From an uncultured candidate division Zixibacteria bacterium (GTDB taxonomy: Bacteria; Zixibacteria; MSB-5A5; RBG-16-43-9), in the NCBI GenBank assembly GCA_963713865.1, contig OY970208.1:384001-448000 (forward strand): a stretch of DNA of 64,000 nt, given 5' to 3'. Below, piece after piece: positions 52,502-62,093 of this stretch. A model generated the notes under the pieces. The model saw nothing but the letters and a program-made list of their open reading frames with translations, was not told the origin of the DNA and did not search any database. Within the stretch, counting starts at the first letter, position 1; every line of letters starts with the position of its first letter. The translations under genes and the position numbers were made by a program.

Positions 52502-53614
52502 TCAGTCCGGCAGCCTTTTTTTGAAAAGTAGCTTGGCAACCGCAAGCATCAAGAATGCAAAAACAGACAAAAGTAATACCTCCAGCCCCAGTATTTTAAA
52601 ACCGTTCCCTTTTAAAAAGATCCCCTGGAGAATCCTGATATAATATCTGGCAGGCACAAAATAGGTAATTATTCTCAAGAAAACAGGCATGCTGAATATC
52701 GGGAAGATGAAGCCAGAAAGTATGTATGAGGGCAAAAAAGAGGTTAGCATCGCCATCTGATAGGCTAATTGCTGTGATTTAGTTAAAATCGAAATGAACA
52801 TCCCGATCCCCAAAGCTCCGGTAAGAAATATTCCTGAGACCAGAAACATAAAAAGAAAGTTACCCCGGAACGGAACCTTAAAGATTAGACTGCTTAAGAG
52901 TACTGCCAATAATAAATCGATCATCCCTATGACAAAATAGGGAACAAGCTTCCCGAAAATAAGCTCAGAAGACCTGATCGGAGTAGCGATCAACTGCTCC
53001 ATTGTCCCCCTTTCCCACTCGCGGGCAATCACCAGGGAGGTCAGCAATGCCCCGATGATCATCATAATCACCGCAATCAAACCGGGGATGATAAAGTTTT
53101 TGCTTTTAAGCTCCTGGTTATACCAGATTCTGATTCTTCCTTCGATTGCGGGTTTATAAACTGTCCGGCTCATCTTCTGGGAGAAAAGCTGTAAAACTCC
53201 TGAAAGATAACCAGAGCCAATGGTGGCAGTGTTAGCGTCACTGCCATCCAAGAGGGTTTGAATCTCTGTTTTACCCCCTGATTTTATCTTTCTGGAAAAA
53301 TCCTCAGGAATTACCAGGGCAATTTTGATTTTACCTTTTTCGATTAGATCCTGGAGCTCTTCATAATTTCCCGCATAGCCATTTATTGAAAAATAACCTG
53401 ACTGAACCAGGCTTGTTATTAACTCCCTGCTTTCCTGGGAATTACTCTGGTCATAAACTCCTAAAGGAAGATCGTTAATATCCAGGGTTACTGCGTACCC
53501 AAAAAGGATAAGAAGTATCAGCGGAATGGCAAAAGCCATAATCAAAACCCGAACATCCCGGAATATCTGAAGAAATTCCTTATAAGCAACTGCTGTAAAT
53601 TTCTTAAATTTCAT
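52502..53614 (-). CDS. YbhS-like ABC-2 permease
   Basis: AREWERGTMEQLIATP. Confidence 0.9.
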   Translation of the reverse strand: MKFKKFTAVAYKEFLQIFRDVRVLIMAFAIPLILLILFGYAVTLDINDLPLGVYDQSNSQESRELITSLVQSGYFSINGYAGNYEELQDLIEKGKIKIALVIPEDFSRKIKSGGKTEIQTLLDGSDANTATIGSGYLSGVLQLFSQKMSRTVYKPAIEGRIRIWYNQELKSKNFIIPGLIAVIMMIIGALLTSLVIAREWERGTMEQLIATPIRSSELIFGKLVPYFVIGMIDLLLAVLLSSLIFKVPFRGNFLFMFLVSGIFLTGALGIGMFISILTKSQQLAYQMAMLTSFLPSYILSGFIFPIFSMPVFLRIITYFVPARYYIRILQGIFLKGNGFKILGLEVLLLSVFAFLMLAVAKLLFKKRLPD

Positions 53615-53617
53615 TTA

Positions 53618-54553
53618 TTAAGCCGCCTCTCTGATCAAAGAAACAAATACATCCTCTAATGACGGAACTATCTTCTCTAATTTTATAATCTCAATCCCTT
53701 TTCCCTTTAAGAATTGCGATACAAAAGCAGGTTCTTTTTCCTCTATGGTAAGGAGGAAATGGATATTCATTCCGAAAAAGGAAGCTTCGATTACCCTCTT
53801 GTCATTTTGCAAAGATTCCAGAGCCTCGATCGGATTATGGCACTCTAATTCCCAGATCGAGTTAGCCATGGTCTTACCTTTCAGCTCTTCCGGAGTTCCG
53901 ATCTGCACCAGCTTCCCTCTGAAGATAAGCCCTAACCTGTGGCAATATTCTGCCTCATCCATATAATGCGTGGTGACGAAAACGGTGGTCCCCTTATCCG
54001 AAAGTGAATAGATTAAATCCCAGAAATTGCGTCTGGAAACCGGGTCAACTCCAGAAGTGGGCTCATCCAGAAAAAGGATGGGCGGGTCATGCAGAAGAGC
54101 GCACCCTAAAGCTAATCTCTGTTTCCAGCCTAAGGCTAACTCTCTGGTTTTTCTCTTTGTTTTATCCACCAGATCCGCCATTTTCAAGACCCATTCCTTT
54201 TTATCCTTCTTGAGCTCTTTTCTCACCTTGTATATCCCGCTGTAGAAATCTATGTTCTCTTCAACGGTCAGGTCCTCATATAAAGAGAATCTCTGGGACA
54301 TATAACCTATATTCTCTTTGATCTTCTCCGACTGGGTGAAAACGTCATATTCTCCCACTCTCCCCTTGCCTGCAGTTGGGGTTAAAAGTCCGCAGAGTAT
54401 CTTTATGGTAGTGGTTTTTCCAGCACCATTGGGTCCCAAAAATCCGAAAACCTCACCTTTATTTACCTGAAAACTGATATTGTCCACTGCGGTGAAAACA
54501 CCGAACCTTTTCACTAAATTTTCCACCTCAACTGCAATCTCAGTTTTATCCAT
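53618..54553 (-). CDS. ABC ATPase (like the C-half of YbhF)
   Basis: GPNGAGKT, GYMSQRFSLY, LDEPTSGVDP. Confidence 0.92.
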   Translation of the reverse strand: MDKTEIAVEVENLVKRFGVFTAVDNISFQVNKGEVFGFLGPNGAGKTTTIKILCGLLTPTAGKGRVGEYDVFTQSEKIKENIGYMSQRFSLYEDLTVEENIDFYSGIYKVRKELKKDKKEWVLKMADLVDKTKRKTRELALGWKQRLALGCALLHDPPILFLDEPTSGVDPVSRRNFWDLIYSLSDKGTTVFVTTHYMDEAEYCHRLGLIFRGKLVQIGTPEELKGKTMANSIWELECHNPIEALESLQNDKRVIEASFFGMNIHFLLTIEEKEPAFVSQFLKGKGIEIIKLEKIVPSLEDVFVSLIREAA

Positions 54554-54752
54554 CTAATCCTCTTTTTGTGCCCGGCGTCCGCCTAAGGCGGACTGACCCG
54601 ACGGGATTAAAACCAGTCAAGTCAGGGGACTTGACTGGCACAGAAGCCTGCGAAAACGAGATATTGAAATTTAATGATATGCGTAACCTGTAGGTTACGG
54701 CTGCCAATTCTTCTATGGTAATGTCATCATTCCCCATGTAGTCCTCATTTTC

Positions 54753-55655
54753 TTACTGCTTGAGCAAGATGAAGATATCCTCTAAAGAAGGTGTAATCCT
54801 TTTCAAACTAAAAATCACAATGCTGTTTTCTTCAAGCTTGGATTTAATATTATCTAGGAGCTTTTCATCCTTCACCGTAAAATGAATCTTTTCACCAAAA
54901 ATGGAGATTCCTGAAACCCCTTCCCCTTTTTCCAGAAACGTTCTTGCTTCCCTTCTTTTATCACAGCTTAATTCAAAAAGAGCCTTTTCCATTATCTTTT
55001 TAAGTTTGAGAGGAGTATCATAGGCAATCAATTCCCCCTTATCCAAAAAGGCGACTTTCTGGCACCTTTCCGCCTCATCCATATAGGAGGTGGAGATGAA
55101 AATGGTCATCCCCCTTTTTTGCTGTTCATAAAGAATTCCCCAGAAGTCTCTTCGCGAAATCGGATCAACCCCGCGTGTAGGCTCATCCAGGAGCAGAACC
55201 TCCGGATTATGTAAAAGGACACAGGATAAAGCTAATTTCTGTTTCATCCCCCCGGAAAGGTTCCCAGCAAGAAAATCTTTAAACGGCTCAAGCTGGCTGA
55301 ACCCAAAAAGCTCTTTGTATTTTTCCTTTCTTTTCTCCCCGGTAAGTTGATATATATCTGAAAAGAAATTGAGATTCTCCAGCACTGTCAAATCCTCATA
55401 CAAACCAAACCGCTGGGGCATATATCCGATTTTTTCTTTGAGTTTTTCTGATTCTTTATTTATATCATATCCAGCTACGGATGCAGTTCCAGAAGAAGGC
55501 GATAAAATCGCAGAAAGAATTCTCATCAGGGTAGTTTTTCCGGCACCATCCGGACCCACCAGTCCCACCATCTCCCCTTTTTCTATTTTCAAACTGAGAT
55601 TATCAATGGCTATTACTGAATCGAATTTTTTCTGTAGATTTAATATCTCCACCAT
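54753..55655 (-). CDS. ABC ATPase (like the N-half of YbhF)
   Basis: GPDGAGKT, LSGGMKQKL, LDEPT. Confidence 0.92.
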   Translation of the reverse strand: MVEILNLQKKFDSVIAIDNLSLKIEKGEMVGLVGPDGAGKTTLMRILSAILSPSSGTASVAGYDINKESEKLKEKIGYMPQRFGLYEDLTVLENLNFFSDIYQLTGEKRKEKYKELFGFSQLEPFKDFLAGNLSGGMKQKLALSCVLLHNPEVLLLDEPTRGVDPISRRDFWGILYEQQKRGMTIFISTSYMDEAERCQKVAFLDKGELIAYDTPLKLKKIMEKALFELSCDKRREARTFLEKGEGVSGISIFGEKIHFTVKDEKLLDNIKSKLEENSIVIFSLKRITPSLEDIFILLKQ

Positions 55656-55680
55656 AAAATTTTAAAAGTATGGGTGTTTT

Positions 55681-55895
55681 TGGAGTGCATTGACCGTGTC
55701 AATACTTAGTCGTCGAGTCAGGGGACTCGACGACCACCAATAAGTGCTGAAAAAGTCCTGCCTGTCATTCTGAGGGAGAGTAGCGACCGAAGAATCTCTT
55801 TGGTTCGTACAGAGATTCTCCCCCCGCCTACGGCGGGGTTAGAATGACACTCTCTTATCCCCGGTTTTTCAACAGTCTTAAAGGTTCGCACTCCA
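55681..55895. repeat. Nested composite of three inverted-repeat elements plus hairpins
   Basis: TGGAGTGC/GCACTCCA enclosing GTGCTGAAAAA/TTTTTCAACAG enclosing TGTCATTCTGA/TTAGAATGACA. Confidence 0.7.
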
Positions 55896-55905
55896 GTCAT
55901 TCTTT

Positions 55906-56775
55906 TTATTCTTTCAATAAACTCACATCTGCAGGCATGCCCGGCTTTAAAATCTGCAAAGGGTTATCCAGGCTGACCTTTATCCCGAAAACAAGCTTCA
56001 CCCTTTCCTCTTTGGTTTGGATATTCTTGGGAGTGAATTCAGCCTGGCTGGAGATATAAGTTACTTTCCCCTCGAAAACTTTATCCGGATAAGTATCTAT
56101 TTTGACCTCTGCCTTCTGTCCTAATTTAACTTTGCCTAAATCTGTTTCTTTGATATAGATTTTCACCCAGGGCTTGGAGAGATCCCCTAAGGTCAAAAGA
56201 GAGTTGCCGGGCAAGACCACTTCACCCATCTCTGTGTTTTTACTTAATACCAGACCATCAATCGGTGATTTTATTATGGAGTTATCTATATTGGTTTTGA
56301 TTAACTCGATAGTCGCCTTATTCTGCTCGGTCAAATGAGAGGCTAAATTAAACTGGTCCTTTGCCACATCATATTTTGTCTCCATATCATCCAATTGCTG
56401 CTGGGTAGCACTCCCGGCCTTGAAAAGCTCTTTTATTCTATCCAAATTAGTCTTGAGATTATCTAAACTGGACCTGGATTGGGAGAGTTGAGCCAAAGAA
56501 ACCTGATAAGCTGCTTCTACCTGTTTAAGCTGAGCCTGAAGCTCTTTTGCTTCTAACTCGATTAAAACTTGGCCTTTAATTACGCTGTCCCCTTCATCTA
56601 TCATAAGCTTTTCTATCCTTCCGGAAACCTTTGAGCTTACCTCCACCTCAGTAATCTCAATCGTGCCCGAGGCAGATATTTGGTTTTTATTATTTCCCCC
56701 TTTAGTCTTGAGCAAAAAATAAAGAACCAATCCCAAGACTATTATAAATAGAAACAAAATCCTTAGCCTTTTCAT
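55906..56775 (-). CDS. YbhG/HlyD-family periplasmic adaptor
   Basis: ASGTIE, AEFTPKNIQT, LKPGMPA. Confidence 0.92.
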   Translation of the reverse strand: MKRLRILFLFIIVLGLVLYFLLKTKGGNNKNQISASGTIEITEVEVSSKVSGRIEKLMIDEGDSVIKGQVLIELEAKELQAQLKQVEAAYQVSLAQLSQSRSSLDNLKTNLDRIKELFKAGSATQQQLDDMETKYDVAKDQFNLASHLTEQNKATIELIKTNIDNSIIKSPIDGLVLSKNTEMGEVVLPGNSLLTLGDLSKPWVKIYIKETDLGKVKLGQKAEVKIDTYPDKVFEGKVTYISSQAEFTPKNIQTKEERVKLVFGIKVSLDNPLQILKPGMPADVSLLKE

Positions 56776-56865
56776 TATTTTCTCCTTTACCTTATTATCA
56801 TATCATTCTTAAATGAAGAATATAAGAACCTCCTCCCTTTTTCACAAATGAAATTAATTTTTTCG

Positions 56866-57036
56866 TTTTTGTAGTTGCCAAATTTATTGGCATTTGATTT
56901 TTGGTAGGTTAGACATTCCTATCTAACCGTCGTGAACACTTCGTAGCGTCCGGACCCGTATCGGATGTTTTTTTATAATTTTGTCGGGCAGTCTTTAAAG
57001 ACCTGACCTATAAAAAATAAGAATTTTTATTGACAA
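56866..57036 (+). repeat. GTAG-REP cluster plus promoter start; left copy of an imperfect direct repeat
   Basis: 26 bp (56940-56965) identical to 62930-62955; shared GTAGTTGCC..GGCATTTGATTTTT. Confidence 0.8.
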
Positions 57037-57058
57037 GATTTTTGGGGTGTAGTATAAT
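57030..57058 (+). promoter_or_regulatory. Perfect consensus sigma70 promoter in a Pc-like position
   Basis: TTGACA (57030-57035), 17 bp, TATAAT (57053-57058). Confidence 0.85.
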
Positions 57059-57382
57059 ATTAACTATAAAAGTCTGAATTTGAATTCATTGGGAGTTATA
57101 ATGGGAATAAACGCAACAGGTTCGTCTATAACCCCAATTTTAAGATGATAAACGAACTTATTACGCCAGTAACCAAGTTAAATGAAATTTCGGGTATGAA
57201 AAAGAGAGCAAGACATCGAATTTTCTTTTCGGTTTTGATATACTATTGTACTATTATAAGTCTTGCACAGGGGTACCTTGGTGTTATGGAGCTTTTGGGC
57301 TTATCTAGAGCGCGGATTGAATTGAGGAGAAAAAAATGAAAAAGGTAAATATGGAAACAAAATCTATCTACCTATTATAACT

Positions 57383-58543
57383 ATGTCTATAAGCACAAGC
57401 GTAATCAAAGAAGCTATTATTGAAAACCTCAAGAGTCAAGGATTTAAGATTAAAAAGAATGGATTAATCTCTATTTCTCAGAATCTGACAAAAGAGCATA
57501 TTAGAGGACTTCATGACCGTGGTCGTGTTGAAAAAATATTATCAGAAAAAACATTTATTAAGGAACACTTTAGTGAATTGTCTACTTATTTTGCAGATGG
57601 TACTTCAGTAAACCCTGAGAAATTTAAACCTGTTGTCCATATAGTACAGCCAGATACTGAGTTTTCAGCACTATTCCGTTTTGCAACACTACTTTGGAGT
57701 GTCCCTGTCTCTCAGGGATATGGTAGAAGATTAAGATTTATAGTCATTGATGAACATAACGGAAAGCTTGTTGGACTTTTCGCTCTTGGTGACCCCGTTT
57801 TTAATTTGAATGTCCGTGATAAATGGATTGGATGGGACCAACAATTGCGATCAGAAAGACTATATAATGTTATGGACTTATTTGTAGTCGGGGCTGTACC
57901 TCCTTATTCTCAATTGGTATGTGGTAAACTTATGGCAATGTTGGCTACAAGTTATGAAATTAGGAAAATCCTGTGGCATAAATACAGAGATTCAGAAACT
58001 ACGATCAAAAAAGAATTAAAAAAACCACACCTTGTCTTGTTAACTACCTCATCTGCCTTAGGTAGATCTTCGCTCTATAATCGAATAACTTTTAATGGGA
58101 AACCTCTTTTTATAAAAATCGGGGAAACGGTCGGTTGGGGACACTTCCATCTTTCTAATGGAAGCTTTAAACTAATGCGTAATTATTTAAGCTATATAGA
58201 ACATCCAATTAATAAATCTCATAGATTTGGACAAGGACCCAATTGGAAAATACGAACAATAAGAACCTGCCTTGAACTATTAGGGCTATCTCCTGATTTA
58301 TTAATGCACGGTATTAAAAGAGAGGTTTACATTGCACCTTTAGCAGAGAATTATAAAGAGTTTCTTTTAGGACAATCAAAGAGACCCAAGTATTATGAAA
58401 TAAGAAAAGAAAGTCTAATAGATTTTTTCACTCAGCGATGGCTTCTCCCGAGGTCGTTTCGCAATAATGATTACATAAGAGTTAGAGCAAAAGATATACT
58501 AAGAGAAATAAAGAAAATTGCAAAAGATAAAGAGGTTCATTGA
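57383..58543 (+). CDS. druA: DruA-like (DUF4338) protein
   Basis: WSVPVSQGYGRRLRF..DEHNGKLVG..ALGDPVFNL.VRD.WIGW, GAVPPYS.L..GKL, TSSALGRSS.YNR, GQGPNWK. Confidence 0.8.
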   Translation: MSISTSVIKEAIIENLKSQGFKIKKNGLISISQNLTKEHIRGLHDRGRVEKILSEKTFIKEHFSELSTYFADGTSVNPEKFKPVVHIVQPDTEFSALFRFATLLWSVPVSQGYGRRLRFIVIDEHNGKLVGLFALGDPVFNLNVRDKWIGWDQQLRSERLYNVMDLFVVGAVPPYSQLVCGKLMAMLATSYEIRKILWHKYRDSETTIKKELKKPHLVLLTTSSALGRSSLYNRITFNGKPLFIKIGETVGWGHFHLSNGSFKLMRNYLSYIEHPINKSHRFGQGPNWKIRTIRTCLELLGLSPDLLMHGIKREVYIAPLAENYKEFLLGQSKRPKYYEIRKESLIDFFTQRWLLPRSFRNNDYIRVRAKDILREIKKIAKDKEVH

Positions 58544-58544
58544 A

Positions 58545-61070
58545 ATGGCAAAAAACTTTGAAGATATTAGTTGTATTTTCTGTGGAGAAAAAAACAATTG
58601 TAGAGATACAGCTTGCATCTCATGCAAAATGCCTCTAGATATTGGAAAAGAATTCTTAGGAAAAACCATTAATAACTACATCTTAAAGGAATATAAGACC
58701 AGAGGTTTTTATGGACTTACCTTTAGAGCAGTCGATAACTATGGGAAGAATTTTGCTATTAAGCTTATATCAACAAGTAGTTATTCAAAAAACAGCAAGG
58801 ATTTTTATAGAGAAGCTGGAATGTATGCAAATCTTCCTGCAACACCCTCAATTGTAAATTATGTTGGTGCTGGGGAGACAACAATCTTATACAACGACAG
58901 ACCTTTAGACTTTTTTTATATAGTTTGTCAGTGGGTAAATGGTTCAGTATTTAAAGATTTTATTTCCGATCAAAATGTTGAACCCGAGGATTTAATAATC
59001 GCGGCCAGAGATTTATTATTGGGATTACAGGACTTATATGATAACAACCTTTGGCATAATGACTTGCATGATGAAAATGTAATGATAGAACCCTTAAGCC
59101 AAACTCAAATTAGAAGATTTAATAGGTCGATCCCACGAATATATAGAATCATTGATGTAGGAAGTATGGTTTATAGAAATCCAGCAGATACAAAGTCATT
59201 CACAGATATGAATTGTATAGGGAATATATTGTTTCAAATATCCGAGAAACTCAAAACGAACTTTAGCGAGTTTCCAAAGGAAGATCAATATTTCATAAAT
59301 CTCTTAGATAGCACCTTTATTCAGATGATGGATGAACATCCTGGAAGATCATTTCCAACGCCTGTTGATGCTCTCAATCAAATAGAGGAATTTTATAAAA
59401 TTTCTCGAATTGGTGAAATTTCTCCAAGCAAGAAATTAGATAGCCCATATGGATATATAAATGCAAATGATATACCTTCTCCTTGGCTCTTAAAACAAAT
59501 GTTTTCAGACAAGTTCCCTTATTTTAATAGAATCATGAGTACGTCCGACCAATGCCTTTTAATTACTGGCCCCCGTGGATGTGGTAAGACCATGATTTTA
59601 AAATATATGCGTTTTATAACTATGTATGATTCTCAAGAAGAAAATAAAGAAGAATTCTTAAAAAATCTGCCATATATCGGCCTTTTTTTATCTGCCAGAA
59701 CAAACTTTGGAAACTATCTAGTTTCATATAGGCAACAAGAATGGATAAACAGTGAATCCAAAATTCTATTATATTTTAATATTCTGGTCTCGATTGAGCT
59801 AATAGATGTTCTTTACAGATTAGTTTTTGATCGTTTAATAGAAGAGCAGCAAATCAAACCAATAATCGATATGATATCAGAACGATTTTCCGTGCCCTTT
59901 GTGAATTTACTCACTGTCAAAACGAAACTGGTGCAAATTAGCAGACACTTGATAGCGAACAAAGATGTTACTACAACAATAGATAATTCAACCCCTGCCT
60001 ATTTGAATGATCTGTTCCAAGTTCTTAGAAGTGTTATTCCCATCATAAGAGATAAAGAAGTTATTATTTTGATAGATGATCTTTCTTTGCCTCGCATTCC
60101 TGTTAAAATACAAAAGTCTATTATTCCGTCTGTATTTAATACGGGGTCAAGTTATAAAACAAGGATTACTGCACATAGCGATGGAATAGTCTTTAAGGAT
60201 TATTCTGGTGAAGTATACAAAGCAAACAGAGATTTTACTCAAATTAATCTTGGATATGAATATTGGCAACTTTCAGAAAAATATGAGACGTGTCGTGATG
60301 GCTTTGATGACATATTAAACAAAAGATTTAATTTAGCAAAAAAAGAAACTTTTATAGGACTGGAAAACATGCTTGAGCGGGGTGATAAGTTGGATAATAT
60401 AGGGAGAGAAATCCACCGTTTATATAAGGAAAAACTTCTAAGAACCCTCAATTATCACGGGGCAAAAGTTTTAATTAAATTGTGCTCGGGTGACTTAAGT
60501 TATCTTCTTGAGATTTTAGGCAAAATGGAACTTCGAGCTAATGGAAAAACACCTATCCCAATCAGAATTCAAAATAGCGTAATCAGAAATTATGCAAGAA
60601 ACGAGTTAAGAAGTCTTCAGGATATTAGATCAGATTATATAAGATGTTCTCTTTATGATATTGCTTATTATTTTGGTGTATGGTCGAAAAGTCAGTTAAT
60701 AAAGGCAGATGAAGACTATATTCGGATTGAATTTCCCATGCAAAAACTTCCTGAAAAGTTAAAGGTTGTGGCAAGAGAATTACTTTGTTACGGGGTATTC
60801 ATAGACGGGGGGTCCAGCACTATGTCTGATGGACAAACTGCCCGAAAATTTCTATTCCGAAGAATATTCACTCCAGCGTTTCCGACTACATTCACTGATC
60901 ACAGCACGTATCCAATGGTACCGAAATCTTTCAAAAAATTTGTCGAGAATCCTAAAGATTTTGTTCGGGAAAGAATGAGCGCTTATGAAATACCTCCTTC
61001 AGAACAACAAAGATTAGAACAACTTGATTTAATGCTTGAAGATAATGGGGAACCCAATGAAAATCTTTAA
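58545..61070 (+). CDS. Zn-ribbon, Ser/Thr-kinase-like and ORC/CDC6-like P-loop ATPase fusion
   Basis: CIFC..CISC; RGFYG, FAIK, HNDLHDEN, IDVG; GPRGCGKT Walker A; IILIDD Walker B. Confidence 0.85.
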   Translation: MAKNFEDISCIFCGEKNNCRDTACISCKMPLDIGKEFLGKTINNYILKEYKTRGFYGLTFRAVDNYGKNFAIKLISTSSYSKNSKDFYREAGMYANLPATPSIVNYVGAGETTILYNDRPLDFFYIVCQWVNGSVFKDFISDQNVEPEDLIIAARDLLLGLQDLYDNNLWHNDLHDENVMIEPLSQTQIRRFNRSIPRIYRIIDVGSMVYRNPADTKSFTDMNCIGNILFQISEKLKTNFSEFPKEDQYFINLLDSTFIQMMDEHPGRSFPTPVDALNQIEEFYKISRIGEISPSKKLDSPYGYINANDIPSPWLLKQMFSDKFPYFNRIMSTSDQCLLITGPRGCGKTMILKYMRFITMYDSQEENKEEFLKNLPYIGLFLSARTNFGNYLVSYRQQEWINSESKILLYFNILVSIELIDVLYRLVFDRLIEEQQIKPIIDMISERFSVPFVNLLTVKTKLVQISRHLIANKDVTTTIDNSTPAYLNDLFQVLRSVIPIIRDKEVIILIDDLSLPRIPVKIQKSIIPSVFNTGSSYKTRITAHSDGIVFKDYSGEVYKANRDFTQINLGYEYWQLSEKYETCRDGFDDILNKRFNLAKKETFIGLENMLERGDKLDNIGREIHRLYKEKLLRTLNYHGAKVLIKLCSGDLSYLLEILGKMELRANGKTPIPIRIQNSVIRNYARNELRSLQDIRSDYIRCSLYDIAYYFGVWSKSQLIKADEDYIRIEFPMQKLPEKLKVVARELLCYGVFIDGGSSTMSDGQTARKFLFRRIFTPAFPTTFTDHSTYPMVPKSFKKFVENPKDFVRERMSAYEIPPSEQQRLEQLDLMLEDNGEPNENL

Positions 61071-62082
61071 ATTTATAGATAAACTGCAAGAGACTCCTTA
61101 TAAGAAAAAGAATCTCGTTCTAATTCTAGCTGCTGGCTTTGAAGAAAGGGATCTCTCAATTATTGAAATAATTAAAGCAGTTGCTATCCCTATAAAAAAA
61201 ATAATAGTTCTTGATTATGAGAATACAGAACAAAATGAGCCAGTCCGTTCAAAAGTTATTAACATGGCAAGGTCAATTTCAGCAGCTGTTAAAACAGTAA
61301 AAGTGGGAGAATTACCAAATCTGTTGACTCATATAGAAATACTTGAAAATGACATGTTAATCATAGATATCACAGGGATGTCAAGGATTATCATATTCCA
61401 AATTTTGAATCAAATTGACAAAGCAAAAATATCCTACAACATTGCATACACCGAGGCAGAAGAATATTTTCCGCTAAAAGGACTATATGACACTCTTATT
61501 GCAAATCAAGCAAGTGAAGAAGTTGCTTTTACCAGATATCTGGAAACCGAAAAAGCAGAATTTGTATACTCATATGATTGCTCCATAATTCAACCCCCTG
61601 AATTTATGGGTAATCCTGAGCCAGGGAGACCCGCAATGATATTAGCTTTTTTTACTTTTAAAAGATCACGCTTACAAGCTATATTGCAAGTTCTAGAAAT
61701 TGAAAAAAGAGTTTTAATCTTAAGTGAACCTGTAAGGCAAGACTTAAAATGGAGAAAGGATTTTATGAAAATTGCAAATCTGGATATAATCCAAAAAAAT
61801 GAACCAGATGTTAACATTCTGGGCACTCTTGACGCATTCCAGCTAATGGATTTTTTTGAGGATAAGATATACAGAAATAAAGAGTACACAAAATATAATT
61901 TGATACTCGCTCCTCTTGGGAGCAAAATGCAAACGATTGGAAGTTACTTATTTTGGAGAAAACATTCTGAAATTAGTGTTTTATTTTCACAACCAGGATC
62001 TTATTTTAAGGACGCCTACTCAAAAGGCTATAGAGATACATTCATCATTACTGCAGAAACATTAGAAAAGACCATATCTTGA
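61057..62082 (+). CDS. Hypothetical protein with two CARF-like Rossmann units
   Basis: LILAAGFEER / IIDITGMSR and ILAFFTFKRSR / LAPLGSKMQ; overlaps the upstream stop. Confidence 0.6.
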   Translation: MKIFKFIDKLQETPYKKKNLVLILAAGFEERDLSIIEIIKAVAIPIKKIIVLDYENTEQNEPVRSKVINMARSISAAVKTVKVGELPNLLTHIEILENDMLIIDITGMSRIIIFQILNQIDKAKISYNIAYTEAEEYFPLKGLYDTLIANQASEEVAFTRYLETEKAEFVYSYDCSIIQPPEFMGNPEPGRPAMILAFFTFKRSRLQAILQVLEIEKRVLILSEPVRQDLKWRKDFMKIANLDIIQKNEPDVNILGTLDAFQLMDFFEDKIYRNKEYTKYNLILAPLGSKMQTIGSYLFWRKHSEISVLFSQPGSYFKDAYSKGYRDTFIITAETLEKTIS

Positions 62083-62093
62083 GATGGACTTTT

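Noticed and set aside
54546-54737. 63-aa minus-strand ORF between the ABC ATPases
   Set aside because: Runs through REP-like hairpins; no recognisable family; at most a relic
55718-55900. 60-aa ORF
   Set aside because: Translation of the nested repeat
57145-57339. 64-aa ORF upstream of druA
   Set aside because: Spans the cassette crossover at 57177, has no RBS or motif; probably spurious
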